A stretch of DNA of 51,576 nt from Candidatus Poribacteria bacterium (GTDB lineage Bacteria; Poribacteria; WGA-4E; PCPOR2b). Under the pieces are notes generated by a model, which was not told the DNA's origin, ran no database searches, and saw only the letters and a list, made by a program, of their open reading frames with translations. Where the stretch lies: NCBI GenBank assembly GCA_022567695.1, contig JADFGN010000001.1, positions 1 through 51,576 on the forward strand, written 5' to 3'. Shown piece after piece: positions 26,921 through 35,702 of the stretch. A program made the translations under genes and the position numbers. Numbering within the stretch: position 1 is the first letter of the stretch; the number at the start of each line of letters is the position of its first letter.

Positions 26921-27685
26921 TTATATCTTCGATGAAAACTCATGAAGATGCCTCTTGATTAGATTATCTTGAGGTTTATAACCGAGAACTTCGACGGCGG
27001 GGCTAATGTCAAGGAAGCCCAGTTGATAGCCCGCGGTATTGCCTGAAGTGCCATAAGTAATGAGGTATTTCACAGGTCCTTCATAATCGACAGCCAATCC
27101 AAAAAGTTGAGCACAATCTCGTGGCGTCAGCAACGTGCTGCAATGGCGTAATCCGGACGGTTCATATTTGCCGCTAAAGCTGCCGATGCGAATGCTGGTA
27201 AATCGCATCTCGTGAGCGTCCACGAGGTAGCGTCCGGCAATTTCTGCCATGCCCTTCATCGCCCCGTACCAGCCATCGGGCCGAAACTGATCGCCTGTGG
27301 AAAACCGTGGAGGTGAACTCAACCGCTCATTCCACCCTGTCACGTGATTTGTGCTGGCGTACACAATTTTTTGCACGCCACCTTCACGGGCAGCTTCAAA
27401 CAGCAACATTGACGCACCGATATCCGTAACTTCACCCGATTCTTTGCCCATCTGCTGCTGTGAAACATAGGCAAGATGAACAAGCACATCCTGACCTTTA
27501 CATAGCTCGCGCATTCGTGCATAGTCACGAATATCTCCTCGCTCGACGCGCGATTTTGCTCCTTCGATTTCTTTGATGTCCATCAAGGTCAATGCGTATT
27601 TACCTTCCTTTTCCCATGCATTCCACAGTGTGGAGCCGACCTTTCCTGCTGCACCTGTGATGAGGATACGTCGTTTTTGAACCAT
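26921..27685 (-). CDS. NAD-dependent epimerase/dehydratase (extended SDR)
   Basis: Rossmann motif ITGAAGKVGS and catalytic YGAMK. Confidence 0.75.
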   Translation of the reverse strand: MVQKRRILITGAAGKVGSTLWNAWEKEGKYALTLMDIKEIEGAKSRVERGDIRDYARMRELCKGQDVLVHLAYVSQQQMGKESGEVTDIGASMLLFEAAREGGVQKIVYASTNHVTGWNERLSSPPRFSTGDQFRPDGWYGAMKGMAEIAGRYLVDAHEMRFTSIRIGSFSGKYEPSGLRHCSTLLTPRDCAQLFGLAVDYEGPVKYLITYGTSGNTAGYQLGFLDISPAVEVLGYKPQDNLIKRHLHEFSSKI

Positions 27686-27933
27686 GATCGATTTCCTTTT
27701 TTATCGGAGGCAGACGACAACAACTGCGCAACTGCCGATCTTACAAATTATATTGTATTTTCTGGTTTCATGAGGGAACTGAGGTGGATTCAAAAGAATC
27801 AGTCTCTCCTTCAAAACGTGATTGGGTAAAAGCATAGCACGGTTTAAAAACCAGTGCAAGGTAGAATTTGATATGGAATTAGGAGCTACGAACCTCAAGT
27901 TGAAAAAGTACCATCCTGCCTAAATCCAGATGC

Positions 27934-27978
27934 GAGACACAAGATACAAAATACAAAATGCAGGATTCAGATTGAATC
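27934..27978. repeat. Intergenic repeat (ACAAGATACA...CAGGATTCAG) related to 45272-45300
   Basis: GAGACACAAGATACAAAATACAAAATGCAGGATTCAGATTGAATC compared with GAGATACAAGATACAGGATTCAGGATTCA. Confidence 0.4.
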
Positions 27979-28004
27979 GGTGGGCTAACCACGCAATTTC
28001 GCAA

Positions 28005-28033
28005 TTGACAAAAAACACGGAAACGGTTATAAT
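28005..28033 (+). promoter_or_regulatory. Sigma70-type promoter TTGACA-17-TATAAT for the helicase gene
   Basis: TTGACAaaaaacacggaaacggtTATAAT. A GAGGAG SD and the ATG at 28055 follow. Confidence 0.65.
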
Positions 28034-28054
28034 CAACATATAGAGGAGATTTAA

Positions 28055-30445
28055 ATGATTTACAAAGGTTTTCAGCTTGATCGGTTTCAAGAAGAAGCGA
28101 TTCACGCAATCGATGAAAATTGTTCGGTGATTGTTACTGCGCCGACAGGGGCGGGCAAAACCCTTATCGCTGAGTATACGGTTGACAAGTGCATTCAGAC
28201 GCAACGTCGTGTCATCTATACCGCACCGATCAAGGCATTGAGTAATCAAAAATATCGAGATTTTTATCAACAATATGGAGAACTCGTCGGGATTGTCACG
28301 GGCGATGTGGTGATCAATCCTTTTGCCCAGATTTTGTTGATGACGACGGAGATCTTTCGGAATACAATTTTTGATGACATTGACCGTTTAGGGGATGTCG
28401 AATACGTGATTTTCGATGAGATCCACTATATCAATGACATCGAGCGAGGAACCGTTTGGGAGGAGAGTCTCATTTTTGCGCCGCAACATATCAAATTTGT
28501 CTGCTTGAGCGCGACTATCCCAAACATCAATCAATTTGCGGAGTGGATGCAGAGTGTTCGGGAAATCAAACTCAATATTGTTGAGGAACTTGAACGTCCT
28601 GTCCCATTGGAACATCATCTTTATTTGGACGGATACGGCGTTGGCACTATCGAACACCTTGAAAAGATACAAGAATTGATTGGAAACTTTGGTCGTTTCC
28701 ATGGCGATGAGTCTATTGATGAAATTATCGCTGATGAGATTCCAGGTTTGATTGGTACAGATCTGATTCGCCATATCCAGAGTCAGGGGCAATTGCCGTG
28801 CCTCTACTTCTGTTTCAGCCGCAAAGGGTGTCAGAAAAACGCGGAGTTTTATGCACATCACGATCGACAGAATCTTCTAACCCCAGAACAGCAGGAGAGA
28901 ATCCTTAATCTATTCGACTCGCTTTGCATGCGGTATGGCATTCACGAAGATCGCAATATTGCGGCTTTTCGCGACCTTGTCGCCAAGGGAATTGCATACC
29001 ATCACGCCGGGATGCTGCCGACCCTAAAGGAAGTGGTCGAGCGGTTGTTTACATCCGGGCTCATCCAATTGCTTTTTACGACGGAAACCTTCGCCGTTGG
29101 AATCAATATGCCAGCATGCACGGCTGTCTTTGAAAGCCTTGAAAAATATGATGGCATCGGTTTTCGGTATTTGAAGACACGCGAATATCATCAGATGGCA
29201 GGGCGTGCCGGGCGGCGGGGCATCGATCCGGTAGGCTATGTCTACGCCCGCGTCAATCCTAGATTTGGTGATGCTACCCAGATTCGACGGATTGTCTCTG
29301 GTCGGGTTGAATTGATTGAAAGCCAATTTAACCTGTCCTATTCAAGCATCTTGAACCTTTATCAGAAATATGGGGCTGATATTTATGACGTATGTACCCA
29401 GAGCTTGAGCAATTTCCAAAACTATGAGCGTATTGGCGAAATCGACACAGAGTTAAAACGTATCGGGAAAACGCTCGAAAACCTCCCATCTCCTACCTGT
29501 ATTCACGATGGGATTGATGCGTCTGAACAGGTCGGAGGTTACATTCGCATCCAGGATAAAATCGAAAACCAGGTAAAGCTCTTGAAATCCGAACGTCTAG
29601 CAATAAAACGAAAGGAGCGAGGGCGAAAACGAAAGCGAATGCGACTTCAAAAGCTTGGGCATATCGATCAGCAAATTCAGCAGATTCAATCCACGAAGAG
29701 TGGAAACCTATGCCACGAATGTGAGCGATTCAACCTCTGCAATCGACAGTACCGACAAATCGAGAAATCTACCCAAAAGATCGGCCATCTTCAGACACAA
29801 CGTGAAAATTTCGAGAACTACCAGAAAAGGCAGATTTCTTCCCGTCTCAAGGTTCTCGAAGAACTCGGATACATCGAAGGAGAAGATCTGTTACCGAGAG
29901 GGCAAATCGCCGCGCAGATATATGGTTATGAGATGCAGATCACCCAATTGCTTTTCAAAGGTTTTTTTGAAGGACTTGGTGAAAACGAGATTAATGTCCT
30001 TTTGTTGGCGATTATGTCTGAACCGAGGAAGGATTCGGGGCATTATAGAAAATTGCAGGACAACCGATTGAGATGGTTGTTTCGAGCAGTAGATAAAGAG
30101 ATTGAGTATGTTAGAGTGCTGGAAGCACATCATCAGGTCGCTGAAGCCACTCCTCTGCTCGAAACGAAGTTAAGCACCGCAATTTTAGCGTGGAGTCAGG
30201 GTTGCAAATTTGAGGAACTTCGTCAATATGCGGATATTGCAGATGGGGACTTTGTTCGGTCGTTTCGGTTGGTAATAGATATGCTTAGGCAGATTCGTCG
30301 GGCGATGCCTGAACATACCGCGCTCGTGGCAAAAATTGATCGGTGTGTTGGTAGAATCAATCGAGATGTCGTCGATGCAGAACGACAGTTGCGGGTTGGG
30401 CAAGAAGAGCTTTCCGCTGAACCCACTGAAACTGAGAGCAATTGA
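28055..30445 (+). CDS. Ski2-like DEAD/DEAH-box helicase (HelY-type, C-terminal DSHCT domain)
   Basis: 796 aa. Motif I is APTGAGKT, motif II is DEIH, and SAT is present. The C-terminal ILAWSQGCKFEEL...DGDFVRSFRLVIDMLRQI matches DSHCT. Confidence 0.85.
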   Translation: MIYKGFQLDRFQEEAIHAIDENCSVIVTAPTGAGKTLIAEYTVDKCIQTQRRVIYTAPIKALSNQKYRDFYQQYGELVGIVTGDVVINPFAQILLMTTEIFRNTIFDDIDRLGDVEYVIFDEIHYINDIERGTVWEESLIFAPQHIKFVCLSATIPNINQFAEWMQSVREIKLNIVEELERPVPLEHHLYLDGYGVGTIEHLEKIQELIGNFGRFHGDESIDEIIADEIPGLIGTDLIRHIQSQGQLPCLYFCFSRKGCQKNAEFYAHHDRQNLLTPEQQERILNLFDSLCMRYGIHEDRNIAAFRDLVAKGIAYHHAGMLPTLKEVVERLFTSGLIQLLFTTETFAVGINMPACTAVFESLEKYDGIGFRYLKTREYHQMAGRAGRRGIDPVGYVYARVNPRFGDATQIRRIVSGRVELIESQFNLSYSSILNLYQKYGADIYDVCTQSLSNFQNYERIGEIDTELKRIGKTLENLPSPTCIHDGIDASEQVGGYIRIQDKIENQVKLLKSERLAIKRKERGRKRKRMRLQKLGHIDQQIQQIQSTKSGNLCHECERFNLCNRQYRQIEKSTQKIGHLQTQRENFENYQKRQISSRLKVLEELGYIEGEDLLPRGQIAAQIYGYEMQITQLLFKGFFEGLGENEINVLLLAIMSEPRKDSGHYRKLQDNRLRWLFRAVDKEIEYVRVLEAHHQVAEATPLLETKLSTAILAWSQGCKFEELRQYADIADGDFVRSFRLVIDMLRQIRRAMPEHTALVAKIDRCVGRINRDVVDAERQLRVGQEELSAEPTETESN

Positions 30446-30493
30446 ATTCAGGAAAACCCTCGGTGCTTTTCAAAAATTGACGAATTTTTTCAC

Positions 30494-30522
30494 TTGTCGC
30501 TGGATTGTAGCTATGTTACAAT
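30494..30522 (+). promoter_or_regulatory. Candidate promoter TTGTCG-17-TACAAT
   Basis: TTGTCGctggattgtagctatgtTACAAT, upstream of the GNAT gene. Confidence 0.4.
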
Positions 30523-30615
30523 AGTTAAACTCTAGTTATGATATTGTGAAGTTAAGTGAATTTCAATCAATCACAATCGTTAATCAATCAATTCGCTAGT
30601 GATGGAGAGATAATC

Positions 30616-31161
30616 ATGGCAGACCAAGAATTTGAAATTACAACTAAATTAGGAATACGGGCGGCTCAAGCGAAAGACGCTGAAAATTTACAACTATATT
30701 GCTTCGCTGATAGCTCGTTGGAAGAAGTCACCAATCAGCTCAAAGACGATCTCAAAGATAAAAAAAATGTCTACCGAGTCGTTGCTGAAGCCAGTGGTCA
30801 TGCAATTGGGAATGTCCGAGTGAAACGGAGTCAGCTTGATGACGAGGTTGGGGAGATTAGCCAACTGGCAGTTTCACCTCCTTTCCGGGCGTTTGGTGTC
30901 GCAGATAAACTTATTGAGGCGACTGAACAGATTGCCCAAGAAAATGGCATAAACCTCCTTCAGATTGAAATATCCCAATCAGAGGCTCCGATTATCGAAG
31001 CATATAAGAAGTGGGGGTTTGCTGAGCGTCCGGTAGTGACTCTGGAGAAGCTGCTGAATACATCAAATCCGGAGGAGTCAGAAGAGACACCGTCTGAACC
31101 GCCTGCCGAGGAACAACCTGAAGCCTCCACGGATGAGCCGGCCCAGAAGGAGTTGCTGTGA
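30616..31161 (+). CDS. GNAT-family N-acetyltransferase with acidic Pro/Glu-rich tail
   Basis: ATG at 30616 with a GGAGAG SD. The GNAT core is GEISQLAVSPPFRAFGVADKLIE. The C-terminal low-complexity tail is EESEETPSEPPAEEQPE. Confidence 0.65.
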   Translation: MADQEFEITTKLGIRAAQAKDAENLQLYCFADSSLEEVTNQLKDDLKDKKNVYRVVAEASGHAIGNVRVKRSQLDDEVGEISQLAVSPPFRAFGVADKLIEATEQIAQENGINLLQIEISQSEAPIIEAYKKWGFAERPVVTLEKLLNTSNPEESEETPSEPPAEEQPEASTDEPAQKELL

Positions 31162-31171
31162 AACGTATTAG

Positions 31172-31205
31172 ACCTGACAGGTTTGACAAGCCTGTCAGGT
31201 GTTTA
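31172..31205 (+). terminator. Hairpin terminator after the GNAT gene
   Basis: ACCTGACAGG (31172-31181) pairs with CCTGTCAGGT (31191-31200), followed by GTTT. Confidence 0.5.
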
Positions 31206-31301
31206 CATAACGCAAAAGGAGTCTACGGACTACCAAAATTATGTGTGAAGTGTGAATAAAATTAACCTTCACGTTTCACCTGTTACAAACTGGGGTTTAA
31301 A

Positions 31302-32222
31302 ATGAAAAAATACATCAATTTATGTGTTGTTGCAATCTGTGCGGTTGCTTTTCTCAGTGGATGTGGCAGCCACAATGAACACCTTTCTAAAGGTAAAGAA
31401 CTCATTAAATCTGACAAGAGGCGTAAAGAGGAACGTGCTGTTAGAGAGTTTAAGCTGGCGATTCAACAAGAATCGGATAATGCCGAAGCCCTTTATATGC
31501 TGGGATATTATGACTCTCAGGATTTTTACGACGCCCAAGAATCTAGTGAAGACTGGCAAGCGGCTGACACTGAGAGCCGCGGCGAGCATATGTTCGAAGC
31601 TTATCAGCAGGAGGAACGCAAATATCGCGAAATCCTTGTGTTTGAAACCCTAAGAGATGACGATCTGGGAGTGCAAAGTGCCGCACTCGATGCGCTGAAA
31701 CGTATCTACGAACGGGGCGAGGGCGATAAGAAAAAACTGCTCAAGGCGTTGGAAAAGGCAATTAAGTCCAAGGACAATCGAGATCGGCACGACGCGCATT
31801 GGGTGCTGGCTGAAATTGGAAAATATGAAATTGGAAAAGACCGGCCGAGTCAAATCGTGCCAATTCTTGTGAAACTGCTAGACCACAAACGAAAAGAGAC
31901 ACGTCTCAATGTTGTTAAGGCACTCGGTGAAATCGGCAGTGAGAACAGCGTTGACGAATTGGTAAGGATTGTCAACTCAGGTTCTGAAAAACGTAAAAGA
32001 AACAGAGAACATCCCGAAGTGCGGCGGCTTGCGGTCGAAGCATTGGGAAAAATCGGTGGTCGTGCTGTCGAGGAATTGGTCAAGATTGCCCAAAATAAAG
32101 GTTCATCGCTGCGTGTTGATGCGATTCAGGCATTAGCCAAACTCGGGGATGAGCGAGCCGTGAAGCCGTTATTAGATGTTTTGAGCGCGCAGGGAAGCCG
32201 AGAAGTTCCGGTCAAATTCTAG
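31302..32222 (+). CDS. HEAT-repeat (PBS-lyase-type) lipoprotein
   Basis: The lipobox is FLSGCG. Repeated units of the form VVKALGEIGSENSVDELV, AVEALGKIGGRAVEELV and AIQALAKLGDERAVKPLL are present. Confidence 0.7.
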   Translation: MKKYINLCVVAICAVAFLSGCGSHNEHLSKGKELIKSDKRRKEERAVREFKLAIQQESDNAEALYMLGYYDSQDFYDAQESSEDWQAADTESRGEHMFEAYQQEERKYREILVFETLRDDDLGVQSAALDALKRIYERGEGDKKKLLKALEKAIKSKDNRDRHDAHWVLAEIGKYEIGKDRPSQIVPILVKLLDHKRKETRLNVVKALGEIGSENSVDELVRIVNSGSEKRKRNREHPEVRRLAVEALGKIGGRAVEELVKIAQNKGSSLRVDAIQALAKLGDERAVKPLLDVLSAQGSREVPVKF

Positions 32223-32299
32223 TTGAAATGTTGCATGAATCAGTGTCATCCTGACGCAAAACTAAAGACTTACGAAATACAAAATAAAGAGGAGTATTC

Positions 32300-33679
32300 A
32301 TGTTTGGGAAAATAAAGTGTTTGTTTTTCGTCTTGATTGTGATGGTCGTTGTTGGATGTGCAGACAATCAATTTTACGATGAGCAGCTTCAAATGAAAAT
32401 CCAACAATTAGACAGTGACTTAGCGAATCGATGGTCCACGACGGGGGTGGTCGTCATATCACCGGGCAAAGCGAACCTTGAGCAAGGTGAATTGATCTCT
32501 TATGTGATTAGCGAATATCCCATCAACAGTCGCAGGGATTATAAACGTGCAATCAAGCGCGCAATGAAGAAAGATAATAACTTTGTCTTTCTTATGGGAG
32601 ATGGAGCCAAGATTCGTATCGCCGTCCGAAGGAGCGGTGATAAAGTTGGTATTGATGTCGATGGAAATCGGGTCAGCAAGGTGGATGCGGGAAGTCCTGC
32701 GGCGAACGCCAACATTCAGGTGGGGGACACCATCAAAAGTGTGATTGATGAGCGAAAGATTGCGACGATTAAGGATTACAAGAAAGCCGTTAAAGAGTCT
32801 CCAATTGCATTCCGCACGACTGAATTGGTTGGGGTCAAGCTTGCCGCTGTAGATGCCCTCGGTAACTTGGGGGACGCACGGGCTGTGGATGCTTTGGTAA
32901 ATATCCTCGAAAAGAGTTCAGAAACTTCTCTGCGCAAGACAGCAGCTAAAGGGCTAGAACGCCTTGTGGCTTTGAGCCAATTGAACGGACTGTTTCAGAA
33001 ATTTCAACAAGCAGATGCCAATGAGCTTCCTGCGAATGAATTAGATTCGCGTCAACGGGAATCTGCCGAAATCCTCGGCTTGCTTACAGTCGATCTTGAG
33101 AAAAATCAGGCGACCTTAAATGAACCATTTGGTACACAATTTCGGCAAAGGTCTAAAGCGTTGCATCAAAGGGTCAACCAAGAGACTCTCGGTGAATTGG
33201 CAACAAAATATATCAAGCGTCAGATCGAACCCAACCCAGAGATTCGACGGGCGTGCATATCTATTTTGGGAACTTTGAAACCAGAATCTGCAATTGCAGA
33301 CCTAATCGCTGTGATGGAAGATAGCGTAGAAGTCCGCGGCATTCGTTTTCAAGCGGGGCTAACACTCAGTCAGATTGGCCAGTCCGCAGTCCAGCCTCTC
33401 ATTGACGCCTTCAATCGTGGCGATGTCGGTGTCAAAGATATTGCGGCATCTGCACTTGGTAACATCGGTGGGAGCAAAGTGAGAGATGTTTTAATCCATA
33501 TACTTCCAACCATAGAGGACCCAACAATTAAGCTCACGGTTGTTGACGCCATTGCGAAAATTGGCGATAAGCAGTCGATCAATGCACTTCAAGAAGAAAA
33601 AATGCGACTCCAAAAGGGCAGTGGTCTGGGAACATTCCTCAATGAACTGCTTGCACAGCTTGAAGCACAATCGATGTAG
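32300..33679 (+). CDS. PDZ-domain plus HEAT-repeat lipoprotein
   Basis: The lipobox is VVVGCAD. A PDZ-like segment VSKVDAGSPAANANIQVGDTIKSV is followed by HEAT units (AVDALGNLGDARAVDALV and others). Confidence 0.65.
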   Translation: MFGKIKCLFFVLIVMVVVGCADNQFYDEQLQMKIQQLDSDLANRWSTTGVVVISPGKANLEQGELISYVISEYPINSRRDYKRAIKRAMKKDNNFVFLMGDGAKIRIAVRRSGDKVGIDVDGNRVSKVDAGSPAANANIQVGDTIKSVIDERKIATIKDYKKAVKESPIAFRTTELVGVKLAAVDALGNLGDARAVDALVNILEKSSETSLRKTAAKGLERLVALSQLNGLFQKFQQADANELPANELDSRQRESAEILGLLTVDLEKNQATLNEPFGTQFRQRSKALHQRVNQETLGELATKYIKRQIEPNPEIRRACISILGTLKPESAIADLIAVMEDSVEVRGIRFQAGLTLSQIGQSAVQPLIDAFNRGDVGVKDIAASALGNIGGSKVRDVLIHILPTIEDPTIKLTVVDAIAKIGDKQSINALQEEKMRLQKGSGLGTFLNELLAQLEAQSM

Positions 33680-33820
33680 TGTTTGTGGATACGGGGGGCT
33701 GGTTAGGCAAAATCAACGGTAGGCGTCACGGCGATGTTTCACACGGTAGACCGTAACAGCTAGTTAGGATCTTAAGGTTGCTCCAAGAACTGAACAAATC
33801 GCTGAACAGCAAGGCAAGTC

Positions 33821-34063
33821 CTACGCTTGTGAGGCAGACAACAACGCCTTTTCGACAGCAATAGGCAGTTGAATCAGGTGAAAGCGGCTCGCTGTATAGG
33901 CGTAGTCTTCTCCGCTTTCATCTATAATGCGAATGTAGCCATGAGCCGCAGCTTCAGCATCAGGAATCACACGATACAGTTTTCCCACCTCAAGAGAAGC
34001 AGGGTATCCCTCATTATCGAGACACAAGCCAAATTGCGGAAGATGATTTTCTTTTTTGTCCAT
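33821..34063 (-). CDS. Hypothetical small protein (80 aa)
   Basis: The ATG at 34063 has no SD but lies 2 nt after the TAA of a short upstream ORF, suggesting coupling. I could not name a family. Confidence 0.5.
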   Translation of the reverse strand: MDKKENHLPQFGLCLDNEGYPASLEVGKLYRVIPDAEAAAHGYIRIIDESGEDYAYTASRFHLIQLPIAVEKALLSASQA

Positions 34064-34065
34064 TG

Positions 34066-34200
34066 TTAATCAAGAAACGGGAGCTTAAGTTTGAATTCTC
34101 TCTTACCGATGCCGTGTGCTTCATACCAGTGAATTTCGGCAAGACGCACTGAGCCATCAATCAGGCGGACGTATGCCACTACCGCGGGCAATGGTTTCAA
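34066..34200 (-). CDS. Short ORF (44 codons from TTG) ending ...AEIHWYEAHGIGKREFKLKLPFLD; possibly a frameshifted remnant
   Basis: The ATG at 34210 opens a different frame that stops after 17 codons. The conserved-looking C-terminal part is in the next frame and is reachable only from TTG at 34200 or GTG. Confidence 0.3.
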   Translation of the reverse strand: MKPLPAVVAYVRLIDGSVRLAEIHWYEAHGIGKREFKLKLPFLD

Positions 34201-34261
34201 TTTGAGTCATCTCTCAAACAATTTCAAAGTCCATTCTGACACACGTTCAGGCAGTCCAAAA

Positions 34262-34510
34262 TAGTCCAAATGGGTTTCGCCGCCTAAAGACCCAAGTTCA
34301 GTTGTCCCCTGTACGGATGAGCACGGCGGGGGTTTGCCGAAAACCGTCCGTTCTTCCCATCCTTACGTCTTGCCGCTTCCCGAACCTGCGTCAGCGGGTT
34401 GGGTCGGAGGACGCGCAGTGCCCTCCGCCGGGAAGTGGCTGTTATGCATTGTGCCGTTTTTGTGATCGGGCAAAGAAGAAAGGGGCGGACATCACCTTCT
34501 CTGTTTTTCA
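34262..34510. ncRNA. Candidate structured non-coding RNA, class not identified
   Basis: A GC-rich stretch with only Arg-rich junk ORFs on both strands. It contains many local hairpins (for example CGGAGG...CCTCCG and CCCCTG...CGGGGG). On the plus strand a weak stem is followed by GTTTTT at 34474-34508. Confidence 0.3.
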
Positions 34511-34542
34511 ACCCTTCATCGAGAAGATTTGGCGACAGACAT

Positions 34543-35379
34543 TTACAGCGGTGCAGGTTTCGTTCCATCAATGTCAGTGAAATCATACTCTTGGGATAGC
34601 TCTTCTATGGGGATGAAGTCCCGCGACTTTCTGAGGATATCAGAATCGGAGGCTAGGGCAACCACCGCTCTTCCTGCAAAGAAAATCGACGCCGTTTTTG
34701 CAAGATCCTGTTCAGACGGAGGAGTATCTCTCATCATTCTTTCCGTCCTCATCCAGGGTAACCCCAAGCCGACAACGGCGATATTTTGCTCTTTCAGTTC
34801 TTCTGCCATCCCGAGGGTAGCTCTGTTCGATGCAACTTTTTGAACATCATAGAAAAGTGGCAACCCTTTAGGAGACTCCCAGTCATCCCATCCGGCTCGA
34901 AATCCAGTGTTGACCACCAAGCCTCGTTCCGATCGCATGAGCAGGCGGACAGCGAAGTATGTTGTAGCTACAGTGGCCCATATGCCGGTCGATACCATTT
35001 TGGACCATCGGGAAAGAGGCTGTTCCCAGAATCGTTGACCAAAGCTTTCGTGGGTGTATTGTTCGTAACCTCCCCACACATTATTGACCAGCAGATCCAA
35101 CCTTCCCTGCTCCTGTTTCACTCGCTCAAATAGGGTTTTGATTTCTGCTTCCACCGTGTGATCACAGTGCACAGGAATACCTTCGCCACCTCGTAAGGTG
35201 ACCTCTTTGGCTGTTTGATCGACGGTGCCGGGAAGATCGTCAGTCGTGGGTCCTCCTTGAACGCTACGTCCTGTCACGTACACAGTTGCACCTTCTTCAC
35301 CAAGTACAAGAGCGATTCCTCGACCTGCGCCTCTACTGGCTCCAGTCACAACGGCTATCTTGCCTTTCAAGTGTTGCAT
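34543..35379 (-). CDS. SDR-family oxidoreductase
   Basis: ATG at 35379 with a GGAGG SD 7 nt upstream. The cofactor motif is VTGASRGAGRGIA. Confidence 0.75.
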   Translation of the reverse strand: MQHLKGKIAVVTGASRGAGRGIALVLGEEGATVYVTGRSVQGGPTTDDLPGTVDQTAKEVTLRGGEGIPVHCDHTVEAEIKTLFERVKQEQGRLDLLVNNVWGGYEQYTHESFGQRFWEQPLSRWSKMVSTGIWATVATTYFAVRLLMRSERGLVVNTGFRAGWDDWESPKGLPLFYDVQKVASNRATLGMAEELKEQNIAVVGLGLPWMRTERMMRDTPPSEQDLAKTASIFFAGRAVVALASDSDILRKSRDFIPIEELSQEYDFTDIDGTKPAPL

Positions 35380-35486
35380 GTAGAACCTCCATGAAGGTGG
35401 GTTTTCAGTGAATGCCATGCGTCATCGTGTCTGCCTAACTCTTATTAGACGGAATACTTAGACGGAAACATTCCGCCTAATTCCAT

Positions 35487-35515
35487 TTGCCAAACCATTC
35501 AAAATTTGGTAAAAT
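35487..35515 (+). promoter_or_regulatory. Candidate promoter TTGCCA-17-TAAAAT
   Basis: TTGCCAaaccattcaaaatttggTAAAAT, about 190 nt upstream of the ATG at 35703. Confidence 0.4.
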
Positions 35516-35702
35516 AACGGATATGAGCCAGAAGCACCCGACAGGTTTAAAATCACCCGCTTGTCATGTTGCCAAACGTACTGTCCTTCCCAGGCTCACA
35601 ACCGCGAGATAGACATATTGTACGCAAGCTCTTAAATGGAGTGAACCCAATAATAGAAAACGAACCTTTTTTGATAATTTACACAAAGCCGATTTTAAGC
35701 GC

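Noticed and set aside
34262-34510. Identity of the structured block as RNase P RNA, tmRNA, SRP RNA or a cobalamin riboswitch
   Set aside because: None of the signatures is present on either strand. RNase P lacks GGAAAGUCC and ACAGAANCCGGCUUA. tmRNA lacks the tRNA-like acceptor and T-arm ends. SRP lacks the GGAAGCAGC helix-8 motif with a closing GNRA hairpin. Cobalamin lacks the GGUGnnAAnUCC and GCCACUG order. The class is left open.
34284-34599. Overlapping 66-100-aa ORFs on both strands in the GC-rich block
   Set aside because: Their sequences are Arg/Pro/Cys-rich and low in complexity, they overlap each other and none has an SD. They are better explained as a by-product of GC-rich structured non-coding DNA.
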